From contig CAVPVW010000003.1 in NCBI GenBank assembly GCA_963709295.1, forward strand, positions 403,283 through 467,282: a stretch of DNA of 64,000 bases, written 5' to 3'. Positions within the stretch are counted from its first letter, which is position 1, and each line of letters starts with the position of its first letter. A model generated the notes under the pieces. That model did not search any database. It saw nothing but the letters and a program-made list of their open reading frames with translations, and was not told the DNA's origin. A program made the translations under genes and the position numbers. Shown one piece after another: positions 28,452 through 37,726 of this stretch. Origin of the DNA: an uncultured Chloroflexia bacterium. Lineage in GTDB: Bacteria; Chloroflexota; Anaerolineae; Anaerolineales; Villigracilaceae.

Positions 28452-30518
28452 ATGGCGACGCACCTTTACCCTGAAGAGCGACGCTCTGCCACCGTCCTGT
28501 TCGCAGATGTACAGGGATTCACGATGCTCGCCGAGCAGCTGGACTTTGAAGCAGTGAGCGACCTGATCAAGGAACTTTGGTCCCGGTTGGATTCGGTGAT
28601 CGAGGACGCAGGTGGTTACATCGACAAACATATGGGTGATGGCGTGATGGCTATTTGGGGAGCGCCCTACGCCTCCGACCGGGATGCGGAAAAGGCAGTG
28701 CATGCCTCCCTCGCCATGATCGAGTCCCTGAATACATATACTCGAACAACAACCATTCCCGGCGCTGAAAGGTTAAAGCTCCGCGTCGGGGTGAATTCCG
28801 GCCAGGTATTCGCCGGTTACGTAGGCACCAAAAAAGAATATACGGTTATTGGAGACACTGTTAATATCGCCGCCCGATTGGAACAGGCTGCCGAACCCGG
28901 GACAGTCCTTGTTGGGGAAAATACTGCCCAGCTTATCAAATCCATATTTGAATTAAAAGACATTCCTCCCATTCATGCCAAAGGCAAGGCGGAGCCGCTG
29001 AAAGCCTTTCAAATCGCTGGAACCCGCCCATCCACATCCAAGGTCACTTACGACAGCATGGAGCGGCTTGAAACGCACATGGTTGGCCGCGATTCGGAAA
29101 TGACCAGGCTCAGGATGTACTTTGAACAAGCCCGCACATCAATCACACCCAATCTCCTTTTGGTGACGGGAGAAGTTGGTATTGGCAAATCCAGGTTGTT
29201 AATGGAATTTTCGCAAAAATTGCAGCGCGACACCGTGAACGCTCAGGTCTTCCAAACCAGGGCACTCGCCCAGACCGCACGTGTTCCCTACAACATCTGG
29301 AAACAAGTTCTTTTCAGATTCTTTGACCTGGTGGAGGAAACTCCCCACGATCAACTTGCCCTTCAATTCGAACACGAAGTCAGCCTGCTTTGGGAAAGAT
29401 CTCCCGGAAATCCTCCTGCAGAAGTTGTGGTCTCCACTCTGGGCAGGCTAATCGGGATCGATATTGAATCTGAAAAAATTAATCCGAGGCAACCGGAATC
29501 CGCAATCGACGAGCTGGAACAGGCCATGGAATCCGCCCGTGCATTGGTCAACAGGCTGGTAGTCAAAGGACCGCTGGTTCTCGTGATTGACGATCTGCAA
29601 TGGGCGGATAAGGAAAGCCTTGGTTTATTATTATCGCTAGTCAGACCGGGAATCGAGCCGCTGCCAGCTTTGATCATAGGTGGAACAAGGCTTGGTCTTC
29701 TTAAAGATTATCCACAATGGTGGAATGCCTCTCATATCCTGACGCTGAATCCGATCCCTTTTACTGCCGAAATGGTTGCCCTCGCGTACCCGGATTTGAA
29801 GACTCTGCCCGGGCATATCCTGGAAGAACTGGCAAATCGCGCAGAAGGGAATCCTTACTTCCTTGAGGAAATCATCAAGGGACTGGTCAAATCCGGCTTG
29901 GACGACCTTCGAACTGCCCCGGAAGAGACGATTGCCCACATTCAATCTCGTATTCCAGAGTCATTAAGGGCTATGCTGCAAGCCAGGCTCGATAATTTAA
30001 CACGGGAAGCGCGAACGGTCGCCTTGATGGCATCGGTCGTAGGCCGTGTTTTTTGGGTTGGAGCGATCAAAGAGATAGCCAGAGCCAATACCGGAACCGG
30101 AACACTCAGCACCCTCCCCGAACAGGTCATGGACCGCCTGCTCCAGGATGGATTAAGACAACTCGTCCGCGCAGAGATGGCATTTCCCCGCTCCGGCACG
30201 CAATTCTCCGACCAGCAGGAATATATCTTCAAGAACTCCTATCTGAGCGAAGTCGCGTATGGAATGATCCCCATCCGCAGCCGAAACACGTACCATAAAG
30301 CAGTCGCCTTCTGGTTGGCACAATTTGAAGGTACAATCCATAAAGTCATGTCAGCAGAACATTTCGAAAAAGCAGGCGAATTCAACCTGGCCGCAGATCA
30401 ATATGATCTCGCTTTGACATCCGCGAATACCAGACGAACTCTCGGAGAAATTGAGCACCTGACATCCCGTTCCCGTGCCGCACGAGAATCCGGCGAGAAG
30501 GCAGAAAACCATGACTAA
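28452..30518 (+). CDS. Class III adenylate/guanylate cyclase domain fused to an AAA/STAND-type ATPase domain
   Basis: Cyclase homology domain at the N-terminus (SATVLFADVQGFTMLAEQL, HMGDGVMAIWGAP). P-loop LLLVTGEVGIGKSRL and Walker B LVLVIDDLQWAD further downstream. No C-terminal HTH was seen. Confidence 0.65.
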   Translation: MATHLYPEERRSATVLFADVQGFTMLAEQLDFEAVSDLIKELWSRLDSVIEDAGGYIDKHMGDGVMAIWGAPYASDRDAEKAVHASLAMIESLNTYTRTTTIPGAERLKLRVGVNSGQVFAGYVGTKKEYTVIGDTVNIAARLEQAAEPGTVLVGENTAQLIKSIFELKDIPPIHAKGKAEPLKAFQIAGTRPSTSKVTYDSMERLETHMVGRDSEMTRLRMYFEQARTSITPNLLLVTGEVGIGKSRLLMEFSQKLQRDTVNAQVFQTRALAQTARVPYNIWKQVLFRFFDLVEETPHDQLALQFEHEVSLLWERSPGNPPAEVVVSTLGRLIGIDIESEKINPRQPESAIDELEQAMESARALVNRLVVKGPLVLVIDDLQWADKESLGLLLSLVRPGIEPLPALIIGGTRLGLLKDYPQWWNASHILTLNPIPFTAEMVALAYPDLKTLPGHILEELANRAEGNPYFLEEIIKGLVKSGLDDLRTAPEETIAHIQSRIPESLRAMLQARLDNLTREARTVALMASVVGRVFWVGAIKEIARANTGTGTLSTLPEQVMDRLLQDGLRQLVRAEMAFPRSGTQFSDQQEYIFKNSYLSEVAYGMIPIRSRNTYHKAVAFWLAQFEGTIHKVMSAEHFEKAGEFNLAADQYDLALTSANTRRTLGEIEHLTSRSRAARESGEKAENHD

Positions 30519-31326
30519 GCGGACATCCATCTTCTCACAAGTAGCTGAACTTGAAATGAGCGGAAATGCCGGGGCTTTATGCATGATCATTTCCAGCAAA
30601 GGGTCAACCCCTCGACGCGCGGGCGCAAAAATGATCGTTTACCACGACGGAAGCATCTCTGGGACCGTGGGAGGAGGCGAGCTTGAAAACCGTGTCCGCC
30701 ACGCGGCGCTCGAATCGATCAAGAATGGCCGCCCGGTTACTTTAAGTTATAACATGACGGATACCAAGCGAGGAGATCCTGGCATTTGCGGCGGCCAGGT
30801 GGAGGTCTATGTGGAGCCAATCCTTCCTGCACCAACCATCGTTGTCATCGGTGGCGGTCATGTCGGTAAGGCAGTGTCCCATCTGGCCAAATGGCTGGGA
30901 TACCGCGTGGTCGTCTCCGATGATAGAACTGAATTTTGCACCCTTAAGACAAACCCCGATGCGGATCTGCTTCTCCCAATTCCCATGAAGGATATCCCCA
31001 AGAAACTTGCCATTACGCCTCATACCTTTATTGTGTTAACCACGCGCGGTGTGGATGTTGACGTGGAAGGACTTCCAGTTTTAATCGCATCCCCAGCAGC
31101 GTACATCGGTGTGATCGGCTCCAGAAAAAGGTGGTCAATGACCGTCAGCAAGCTGCTGGCGGCAGGAATTTCCAAGAACGCCTTGAAGCGCATTCATTCT
31201 CCCATCGGGCTAAATATTAACGCCGAAACACCTGAAGAAATCGCTGTCAGCATCCTCGCCGAAATTATCATGGTTCAAAACGGAGGGACTGAAAAACCTT
31301 TGAAAGCTACGACGATCATCAAATGA
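30511..31326 (+). CDS. xdhC: XdhC/CoxI-family molybdenum hydroxylase maturation factor
   Basis: XdhC N-domain (ALCMIISSKGSTPRRAGAKM...GTVGGGELE) and Rossmann C-domain (VVIGGGHVGKAVSHLAKWLGYRVVVSDDR). The start overlaps the upstream stop by 8 nt. Confidence 0.7.
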   Translation: MTKRTSIFSQVAELEMSGNAGALCMIISSKGSTPRRAGAKMIVYHDGSISGTVGGGELENRVRHAALESIKNGRPVTLSYNMTDTKRGDPGICGGQVEVYVEPILPAPTIVVIGGGHVGKAVSHLAKWLGYRVVVSDDRTEFCTLKTNPDADLLLPIPMKDIPKKLAITPHTFIVLTTRGVDVDVEGLPVLIASPAAYIGVIGSRKRWSMTVSKLLAAGISKNALKRIHSPIGLNINAETPEEIAVSILAEIIMVQNGGTEKPLKATTIIK

Positions 31327-31406
31327 AAATCAATACCCTGCTGGATGTGTTGGTTCCCTCGATGCAACCTTCCATGGGTGGTTTCGTACATAAGCTAGAA
31401 AGCAAC

Positions 31407-31435
31407 TTGAAACACTGGGTTGCTTGGGCTATAAT
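31407..31435 (+). promoter_or_regulatory. Sigma70-like promoter: TTGAAA, 17-nt spacer, TATAAT
   Basis: Hexamers at 31407-31412 and 31430-31435. AAAGGAG RBS at 31465. ATG at 31478. Confidence 0.55.
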
Positions 31436-31477
31436 GAATCAAGCCAAATAACGATTAAGACTCAAAGGAGATTGACC

Positions 31478-32524
31478 ATGGCAAGGATTTTTGATGTTGT
31501 TGAATATCCCAACGAAATGGCAGGCGAGATTGTTCACCGATTTCCCGAGCAAGGTGCCGGAGATTTCCGCATCGGCTCGCAGGTCATTGTCCGCGAATCG
31601 CAAACTGCTGTGTTCTTCCGGGACGGCAATGCCTTGGATACCTTCGGACCCGGACGGCATACCATTGCCACCGCAAACATTCCACTGCTGATTGACTTCA
31701 TTGGGAAAGCCTTCAATGACCGCAGCCCATTTACGGCGGAAGTCTATTATGTCTCGCGGAAGGAATTTGCCAATGAAAAATGGGGCACCCCGCAACCCAT
31801 CATCGTTCGCAATCCAGGGATGGGACTGGGCGTCGCACTCCTGCAGGGATTTGGCACCTATTCGTTCCAGGTGACCGATCCCCAGCTTTTTGTTACAAAA
31901 ATCGTCGGTGCGACAGGCACTTATCGGACGACGGAAATTGAAGAGCGCTTGCGCAATATGCTTCTATCGAAACTCCAGGATTTGCTTGGAGAAACCACCG
32001 GAAAGAAGAGTGTGGTCGAACTGATCGGGTTGACCGAGGAGCTCGGAGCAGGTGTCCGCGCGAAAGCCCAGGACGACTTCACCGCCATCGGGATGACCCT
32101 AAAGTCATTCTACATCGGCAATCTCAAGCCATCAGATAAATCCGCGGAGGAACTTCGCGCCATGGGCATGTTGGATATGCAAACCTACACTCAACTCCAG
32201 GCTGCTGATGCCATGCGGGATGCCGCTCAGAACCCGGCCGGCGGCGCAGGCCTTACGGCAGGTATCGGCGCTGGCATCGGAATCGGTAACATCATGAACC
32301 AGTCTCTTCAGGGAACCATGCAGGGCGGACAGCAGCAGGCTGCCGGTGCCGCTGCTGCAGCAAGCATCCCTGACGTAATGACTCCTGCAGAAGCCGCTGC
32401 CATTCTCAAAGTCTCCGAAGAAGATGTCCTCGCCTCCATCACGACGGGCGATTTAAAAGCCAAGAAACTTGGAAACGCTTATCGAATCAGCAAAGGCTCG
32501 CTTGAGGAATTCCTCAAAGGCTAA
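31478..32524 (+). CDS. SPFH/band-7-like domain protein with a Gly/Ala/Gln-rich linker and a C-terminal excisionase/MerR-type HTH
   Basis: N-terminal ~250 aa SPFH-like region. Low-complexity AGGAGLTAGIGAGIGIG...QQQAAGAAAAA linker. C-terminal TPAEAAAILKVSEEDVL...NAYRISKGSLEEFL HTH. Confidence 0.5.
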   Translation: MARIFDVVEYPNEMAGEIVHRFPEQGAGDFRIGSQVIVRESQTAVFFRDGNALDTFGPGRHTIATANIPLLIDFIGKAFNDRSPFTAEVYYVSRKEFANEKWGTPQPIIVRNPGMGLGVALLQGFGTYSFQVTDPQLFVTKIVGATGTYRTTEIEERLRNMLLSKLQDLLGETTGKKSVVELIGLTEELGAGVRAKAQDDFTAIGMTLKSFYIGNLKPSDKSAEELRAMGMLDMQTYTQLQAADAMRDAAQNPAGGAGLTAGIGAGIGIGNIMNQSLQGTMQGGQQQAAGAAAAASIPDVMTPAEAAAILKVSEEDVLASITTGDLKAKKLGNAYRISKGSLEEFLKG

Positions 32525-32538
32525 GAATTAAAAGAAAA

Positions 32539-32571
32539 ATAGCCATCCAGTAAATTGGATGGCTATTTTTT
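32539..32571. terminator. Bidirectional rho-independent terminator
   Basis: ATAGCCATCCA / TGGATGGCTAT 11-bp stem, 6-nt loop, then TTTTTTAATT. A-rich on the other side. Confidence 0.7.
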
Positions 32572-32580
32572 AATTACCGA

Positions 32581-33048
32581 CTAATCTGTCAGTTCTCGCG
32601 GAATGTTACCACCGTTCTCCGCAATTTCCTTCAGCACGGCTTTATGGAGCCACATATTCATTTGGGCATAGTCGCCGCCAATCAGGTCCTTTGGGCAACC
32701 AAGCTCAGTGGCAAGTTCTTTTCGATTTTGCAGACTGCTGTCTATTCCCAGCACTTTTAAAAGGTCCACAATGGATACCTTCCATTCAAGATTTTTTCCT
32801 GCAGCCATTTTATCCAGCTTGCTAACTACATCCACCATCTCCATCGGAGCAGGCTTGACCGGTTCGGCAGGTTCTGAAGTCTTGGCGTATTGAATATTGC
32901 CTGACGATGCAACCGCTTTTGGAGGTGCGGCTGTTTTTGGGGCTACAGCCGGTTTCGGGGCTAGGGCCGATTTCGGTGCTGGCTTAGGCGCTGCTGCCTC
33001 TTTTTTCTTTAATCCTAATTTTTCGAAAATTGTCGATAGTATTCCCAT
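32581..33048 (-). CDS. DUF3597-like small protein with a Pro/Ala/Lys-rich linker
   Basis: ATG at 33046-33048 with an AGGAGAAA RBS. N-terminal MGILSTIFEKLG, then an (A/P)PK-rich linker and a conserved C-terminal globular part. The longer annotated ORF start lacks an RBS. Confidence 0.4.
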   Translation of the reverse strand: MGILSTIFEKLGLKKKEAAAPKPAPKSALAPKPAVAPKTAAPPKAVASSGNIQYAKTSEPAEPVKPAPMEMVDVVSKLDKMAAGKNLEWKVSIVDLLKVLGIDSSLQNRKELATELGCPKDLIGGDYAQMNMWLHKAVLKEIAENGGNIPRELTD

Positions 33049-33140
33049 GATATTTCTCCTTTTTATATTTTCAACTTGATATATAAAAAATCCACACCAC
33101 TCATTATACACTTGAAGAACCCAATTAATAATTAGTAACC

Positions 33141-33578
33141 TCATTTAGGCAAGATCGCTGTCAAGCTTTTGGTTAGACTCTGTAATTCATCGTTGAGACC
33201 CTGAAGTTTTGTAACATCGCCGGTCGTTAACCCAAGTTTTACATCATTAATTGTCCTTGTGGTCTCTGCCTGGTTATCGATAATCTTCTGGGTGACGCTT
33301 TCAAGGTTTACGAGCATTTCCACTATTTTCTTGGGAACAATTGGCAAATTTCGAACGATGGGCAACAGTCCATCAAGAATTCCATTAGCGATTCCTGCAT
33401 ACTTCACGGTCAAAGCATGCATTGTGCTGATGGACGTTGTCAGCTCCAGGGCTACTTCCTGTATCATATCGATTACCTTGGCATTCTCCTGAATGGTTTT
33501 ACTGATTTGATCAATTGATCCAGTCAACTTTCTTGAAAAAGGTGTATACCGTACAGCGGATTTGGCAGGTGCAGGCAT
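33141..33578 (-). CDS. Hypothetical coiled-coil protein
   Basis: 145 aa with heptad-like L/I/V periodicity. Directly upstream of the DUF3597 gene on the same strand. No family recognized. Confidence 0.35.
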   Translation of the reverse strand: MPAPAKSAVRYTPFSRKLTGSIDQISKTIQENAKVIDMIQEVALELTTSISTMHALTVKYAGIANGILDGLLPIVRNLPIVPKKIVEMLVNLESVTQKIIDNQAETTRTINDVKLGLTTGDVTKLQGLNDELQSLTKSLTAILPK

Positions 33579-33622
33579 TTCGTCCTCCTTGATATTGTTC
33601 CAATATAGTATCGCAGTTAAGC

Positions 33623-35254
33623 TTACATCAAATCACTCAACACATCGAAAATCGAATCCACCACATCGCTAGCCATTACGGAAGCGGGATTACCAACCCT
33701 GTCCAAAGCAAGCAGGCCCGCACGAGCATGAATCCAGGCAGCCGCGACTGCTGCCTGAAACGGCTCCATTCCTTGAGCCAGGAGCCCAACGATAATTCCC
33801 GCCAGCACGTCGCCGGTCCCAGCCCGGGCAAGCGACGAAGTGGCGATTGGGATGACTGTAACCTTGCCCCCCGGCTCAGCGATCACTGTGAACGCGCCTT
33901 TTAAGACAACAATATGCCCCCATGTCTTCGCAAAAGCCCGAGCGGTATTCATCCTGTCAGCTTGAATGTCCTCAACTGATTTTCCCGTTAATTCTGCCAT
34001 TTCTCCCGGGTGAGGCGTGAGGATTGTACGCGGAGGAAGTAATTTGTCCCAGCCGTCGATTTTCTTGATCAACCGCAGTCCATCTGCATCCACAACCATG
34101 GGAGGTAAAGAACCAATACGATGGCCTTCTGATTTCTTAGTCTCATTCACGAAACCGATACGCGAAGAGCCCTTCTTTCCATCCGGTCTCCGCTTGATCA
34201 GATTCTCAAGGAAATTTCTTGTTGTTTCTTCGCTGCCCAATCCCGGACCAACGAGGAACCCGGTGGCACGATTAAGATTCTTCAACAGCACATCGGCTGC
34301 TTCCGAAGAGATCACACCGATTTCGTGCGGCAACAAAATCCAAGTCGCTTCGGGGAATTGTCCCGCCAGCGCCAGGTGAAGGGGACTTGGAACTGCCATG
34401 GTCACCAAACCCGCTCCAACACGATAAGCCGATTTTCCTGCCAACATTGCCGCACCTGTGTAATTCACAGAACCCGCTGCGATCAAAGCGGTACCGAAGG
34501 TTCCTTTATGGGAATCATCCGGTCGTGCGGGGAGCATCTCATTCACCAAATATTCGTCCGCAACTTCGTCCCTAATCGCGGTCCAGGAAGCTATCTCGTC
34601 ACTCAATCCAATATCCGCCACCTGCAAATCACCCACCAACTCAAAAGCAGGGAAATTAATTAATCCATGCTTAACTGCGGCCATGGTCACGGTGACACTG
34701 GCAGGGATGGCTTCCTCCACCGCTTCACCGGTATCGCAATTAACTCCGGACGGGCAATCAACAGCCACGACGTACGGAGGCCATTCCAATTCGGTGATCG
34801 CTGCATTGACGGCTTGCATCACCTCGGAAAACTCTTTTTTTAACGGTAGCTTGAAACCGGTGCCCAGGATACCGTCCAGGATCACTGTAGCGGACCCAAT
34901 AAATGCGGATAGCATTTCGAGGCGTTCATCCTGCTTTGCCGCCGTGATCTCTCCGCCCGCAGCTCGTAACCGCTCAATAAGCGGATCTTTCTCCATGGGT
35001 CGATTGATCAGATATGCGCGTGTGCGCCACCCTTTAGCCGCCAAATGAGCCAATGCAACAAGAGCATCGCCGCCATTGTTGCCTGGTCCAACCAAGCCAA
35101 CCACTCCTGGCTGCTCATCTTCTTCGAAGACCATATCGAGTACCGCTTGTGCCAGGCCGGAGCCTGCATTTTCCATCATCCGAGAATATGTCAAGCCGGT
35201 AGAATCTGCTTCCTGCTCAATTGCTCTCATTTCAGCCACCGATACTAATTTCAT
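33623..35254 (-). CDS. nnr: Bifunctional NAD(P)H-hydrate epimerase / ADP-dependent dehydratase (YjeF N+C)
   Basis: N-terminal YjeF-N (MRAIEQEA...VGLVGPGNNGGDALVA). C-terminal carbohydrate-kinase-like domain (HKGTFGTALIAAGS...GTGDVLAGII). Confidence 0.75.
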   Translation of the reverse strand: MKLVSVAEMRAIEQEADSTGLTYSRMMENAGSGLAQAVLDMVFEEDEQPGVVGLVGPGNNGGDALVALAHLAAKGWRTRAYLINRPMEKDPLIERLRAAGGEITAAKQDERLEMLSAFIGSATVILDGILGTGFKLPLKKEFSEVMQAVNAAITELEWPPYVVAVDCPSGVNCDTGEAVEEAIPASVTVTMAAVKHGLINFPAFELVGDLQVADIGLSDEIASWTAIRDEVADEYLVNEMLPARPDDSHKGTFGTALIAAGSVNYTGAAMLAGKSAYRVGAGLVTMAVPSPLHLALAGQFPEATWILLPHEIGVISSEAADVLLKNLNRATGFLVGPGLGSEETTRNFLENLIKRRPDGKKGSSRIGFVNETKKSEGHRIGSLPPMVVDADGLRLIKKIDGWDKLLPPRTILTPHPGEMAELTGKSVEDIQADRMNTARAFAKTWGHIVVLKGAFTVIAEPGGKVTVIPIATSSLARAGTGDVLAGIIVGLLAQGMEPFQAAVAAAWIHARAGLLALDRVGNPASVMASDVVDSIFDVLSDLM

Positions 35255-35256
35255 CT

Positions 35257-37095
35257 TTAGCTCCAGTCCTTCGTTTCTGTTTTATCCAATGCGCCCAGAG
35301 TCCATCCCAGCCCGAGAGATTCCAATTTTTCATCGGATGGGATTCCTGTCTCTGGATTCCAACATCTTGCAAAGTAATAAGCTTCCATCATTCCACTAAA
35401 ATCAGGGACAAACCCAGCGCTTCCACCATCCTGCAAGGGTTGCAGAAGGGGCTTTGGCAATCGATCATTTGCCCTGGTCAGACCCAATCTATGGTTGATC
35501 ATCCGTTTTAAATTCCAGCCTCGTTCACCAGTGGTTATCAATTCATCAAGGGAAAGATCCATATCACAGGCAAGGTTCACCAAGTTTACAACCGCGTCAG
35601 GGTCAATGTTTCCAAATAGGCACATGATCAGGGAATCGTAGACCGCTCTCCAATCCTGATGCCTCGCGATGCTGGCTGATTTTTCACCACCTGCATGCCG
35701 GTCATGAAGCGATAAGCCGATTTTTGTTTCTACCTGTCCAATTTCAGCCAGGAAATAATCCGATTGATTATGGCAGGCGCCGCGAGGCGATGTGGCATAC
35801 ACCACCGCCATTCCGGATGCGCCGCGTGGATCATGATAGGCAAGTTCCAATCCGTTTACCTGGATCGCTTCATCTTCCACACCAAAATGCTTTGCAAGAG
35901 ACCGAGTCCCGTTGGAAAGGAGTGCGCCAATACCTTCTCTCCTGGCTATCAGGTGGATTAATTGACTGGCAGCCGCAACATTCCCCCACATCAACTCGAG
36001 GCCTTGAGTATGTTCGCTGGTGAGTATTCCCATTTCAAAAAGACGGAAGGCCAGACCAATAACTCCACTGGTGGAAATCGAATCCAAGCCGTATTGGTCG
36101 CATAATTCGCCCATCCGGGTAATTGCGTGAGTGTCGGTAATGCCCAGATTGGTCCCGAACCCGACCAGCGTTTCATATTCCGGGCCTTTTCTCTTGTTTC
36201 CGTCATCGAGCGTGACGACGCGCCCGCACGCCACCACGCAGGCATGACATGCACTCTTCCCGGTCAAAATGGTTTCAGCGATGCTAGAGCCGGTAATGGC
36301 ATTAGAATTTTCCAGGGTCCCAGCCGAGAAATATTTTTTGGGCATCATACCGAGGTAATCAAAATAATCCGCAGCACTGGCCGTACCCAGGTCAGTCAGC
36401 GCATTGGTTAGCGAATCTTTTTTTAGAGCCCGGTTGGATTCTCCACGCAGTTTTGCAAAATGATCAAGGTTTTTGACGGGTATCTTATTTGACCCCCGCA
36501 CAGCAATGGCCTTGAGGTTCTTGGACCCCATGACGGCGCCCATGCCAGTACGGCCGGCAACTCGACCATGGTCACACAACATCAGTGAAAAAGGAATCAA
36601 GGATTCGCCCGCTGGGCCTATTGCCAATACGCGCGTACCAGGATCTTGCACTTCCTCTTTGATCAATTCTTGAATTTTATAAGTATCCTGACCCCAGAGG
36701 TGAGAGGCTGGCCTGATTTCGACCTGGTCATTGGAAATGTGAATAATCACCGGTTGCGGAGCACGTCCTGTAATATAAACCCCATCCCAGCCAGCCATGC
36801 GGAGCTCAGGCCCCCAGAAACCGCCTATGTGGGCCTCTCCCCACAACCCTGTTGCGGGGGACTTGGCACAAACCACAAATCGTCCTGCAGTGGGAGCTGC
36901 GGTCCCAGTCAACGGACCTGTCATGCAAAGAAGAGGCGCCGAAGGAGACAATGGGTCCAAGTCAGCAGTCAGCGAATCAAACAAAATTCGAGCCGCCAAC
37001 GACGCTCCTCCGATAAAATCGAATTCCCAGCTCGAAGGAACGCTGAAGGAATCGATTAGATTATTGGATAGATCAATCCTCAATATGGGTTGCAT
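35257..37095 (-). CDS. Aldehyde:ferredoxin oxidoreductase family protein (tungsten/molybdopterin AOR)
   Basis: AOR N-terminal domain (ILRIDLSN...) and characteristic internal motifs (CHACVVACGR, GLELAYHDPRG). 612 aa. Stop 2 nt after the nnr start. Confidence 0.75.
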   Translation of the reverse strand: MQPILRIDLSNNLIDSFSVPSSWEFDFIGGASLAARILFDSLTADLDPLSPSAPLLCMTGPLTGTAAPTAGRFVVCAKSPATGLWGEAHIGGFWGPELRMAGWDGVYITGRAPQPVIIHISNDQVEIRPASHLWGQDTYKIQELIKEEVQDPGTRVLAIGPAGESLIPFSLMLCDHGRVAGRTGMGAVMGSKNLKAIAVRGSNKIPVKNLDHFAKLRGESNRALKKDSLTNALTDLGTASAADYFDYLGMMPKKYFSAGTLENSNAITGSSIAETILTGKSACHACVVACGRVVTLDDGNKRKGPEYETLVGFGTNLGITDTHAITRMGELCDQYGLDSISTSGVIGLAFRLFEMGILTSEHTQGLELMWGNVAAASQLIHLIARREGIGALLSNGTRSLAKHFGVEDEAIQVNGLELAYHDPRGASGMAVVYATSPRGACHNQSDYFLAEIGQVETKIGLSLHDRHAGGEKSASIARHQDWRAVYDSLIMCLFGNIDPDAVVNLVNLACDMDLSLDELITTGERGWNLKRMINHRLGLTRANDRLPKPLLQPLQDGGSAGFVPDFSGMMEAYYFARCWNPETGIPSDEKLESLGLGWTLGALDKTETKDWS

Positions 37096-37098
37096 TGC

Positions 37099-37506
37099 TT
37101 ATAGGATACCTTGTGTAACCTCTTTGGCACATCGGACAAACTCTAGAACCGTTGGGATGCTTCTCATCATGACAGCCATATTTCCCTTTACTTCCAGCTT
37201 TCGTGTCATCATGGCTTGCATGGGGTCGAGGGCGCCGGTAAGTACTCGTGAAAAATTTCCATAAGCAGCGCTCAAGGTGAAGGCGGGCGAGTGGGAGGAA
37301 ATATCCTTCACGACTTCTGTGCCTCGGCACTTTCCGTGCCATAGGTCCAGATAATAGACGACCTGTTCTTTTAGGTTTCCATCCGGTTGAATTACAAAAT
37401 AAAAATCTCCCTCCCACTTGTTTCCTATCTTTGCATATTTTTCATCGGAATTTAATTTGATTTCAAAAGCCTTCAGCCAATCAGATGTTGGGAATATTGC
37501 ATCCAT
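37099..37506 (-). CDS. SCP2 sterol-carrier-like domain protein
   Basis: 135 aa. SCP-2 fold signature (WLKAFEIKLNSDEKY...GDFYFVI...MMTRKLEVKG). 4 nt upstream of the AOR stop. Confidence 0.5.
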   Translation of the reverse strand: MDAIFPTSDWLKAFEIKLNSDEKYAKIGNKWEGDFYFVIQPDGNLKEQVVYYLDLWHGKCRGTEVVKDISSHSPAFTLSAAYGNFSRVLTGALDPMQAMMTRKLEVKGNMAVMMRSIPTVLEFVRCAKEVTQGIL

Positions 37507-37726
37507 GAATACCTCCTGAGTTTATTTTACCATTACGATAAAGTTCTCACTCCGGATAGGAATAAATTGTAGTCATGCCCGTCAATCTTCTGTCGCCCCA
37601 GGATTACCCTGGACGGAAAATTGCCGTTCATCGCCTCTTGCAATTTTGAGGTAATTGCTCTATCCTTAATGGCATGGATGGCAGTACGCATCAGAAGCGG
37701 CTTAATCTACCAAAGGAGAGAATGAG

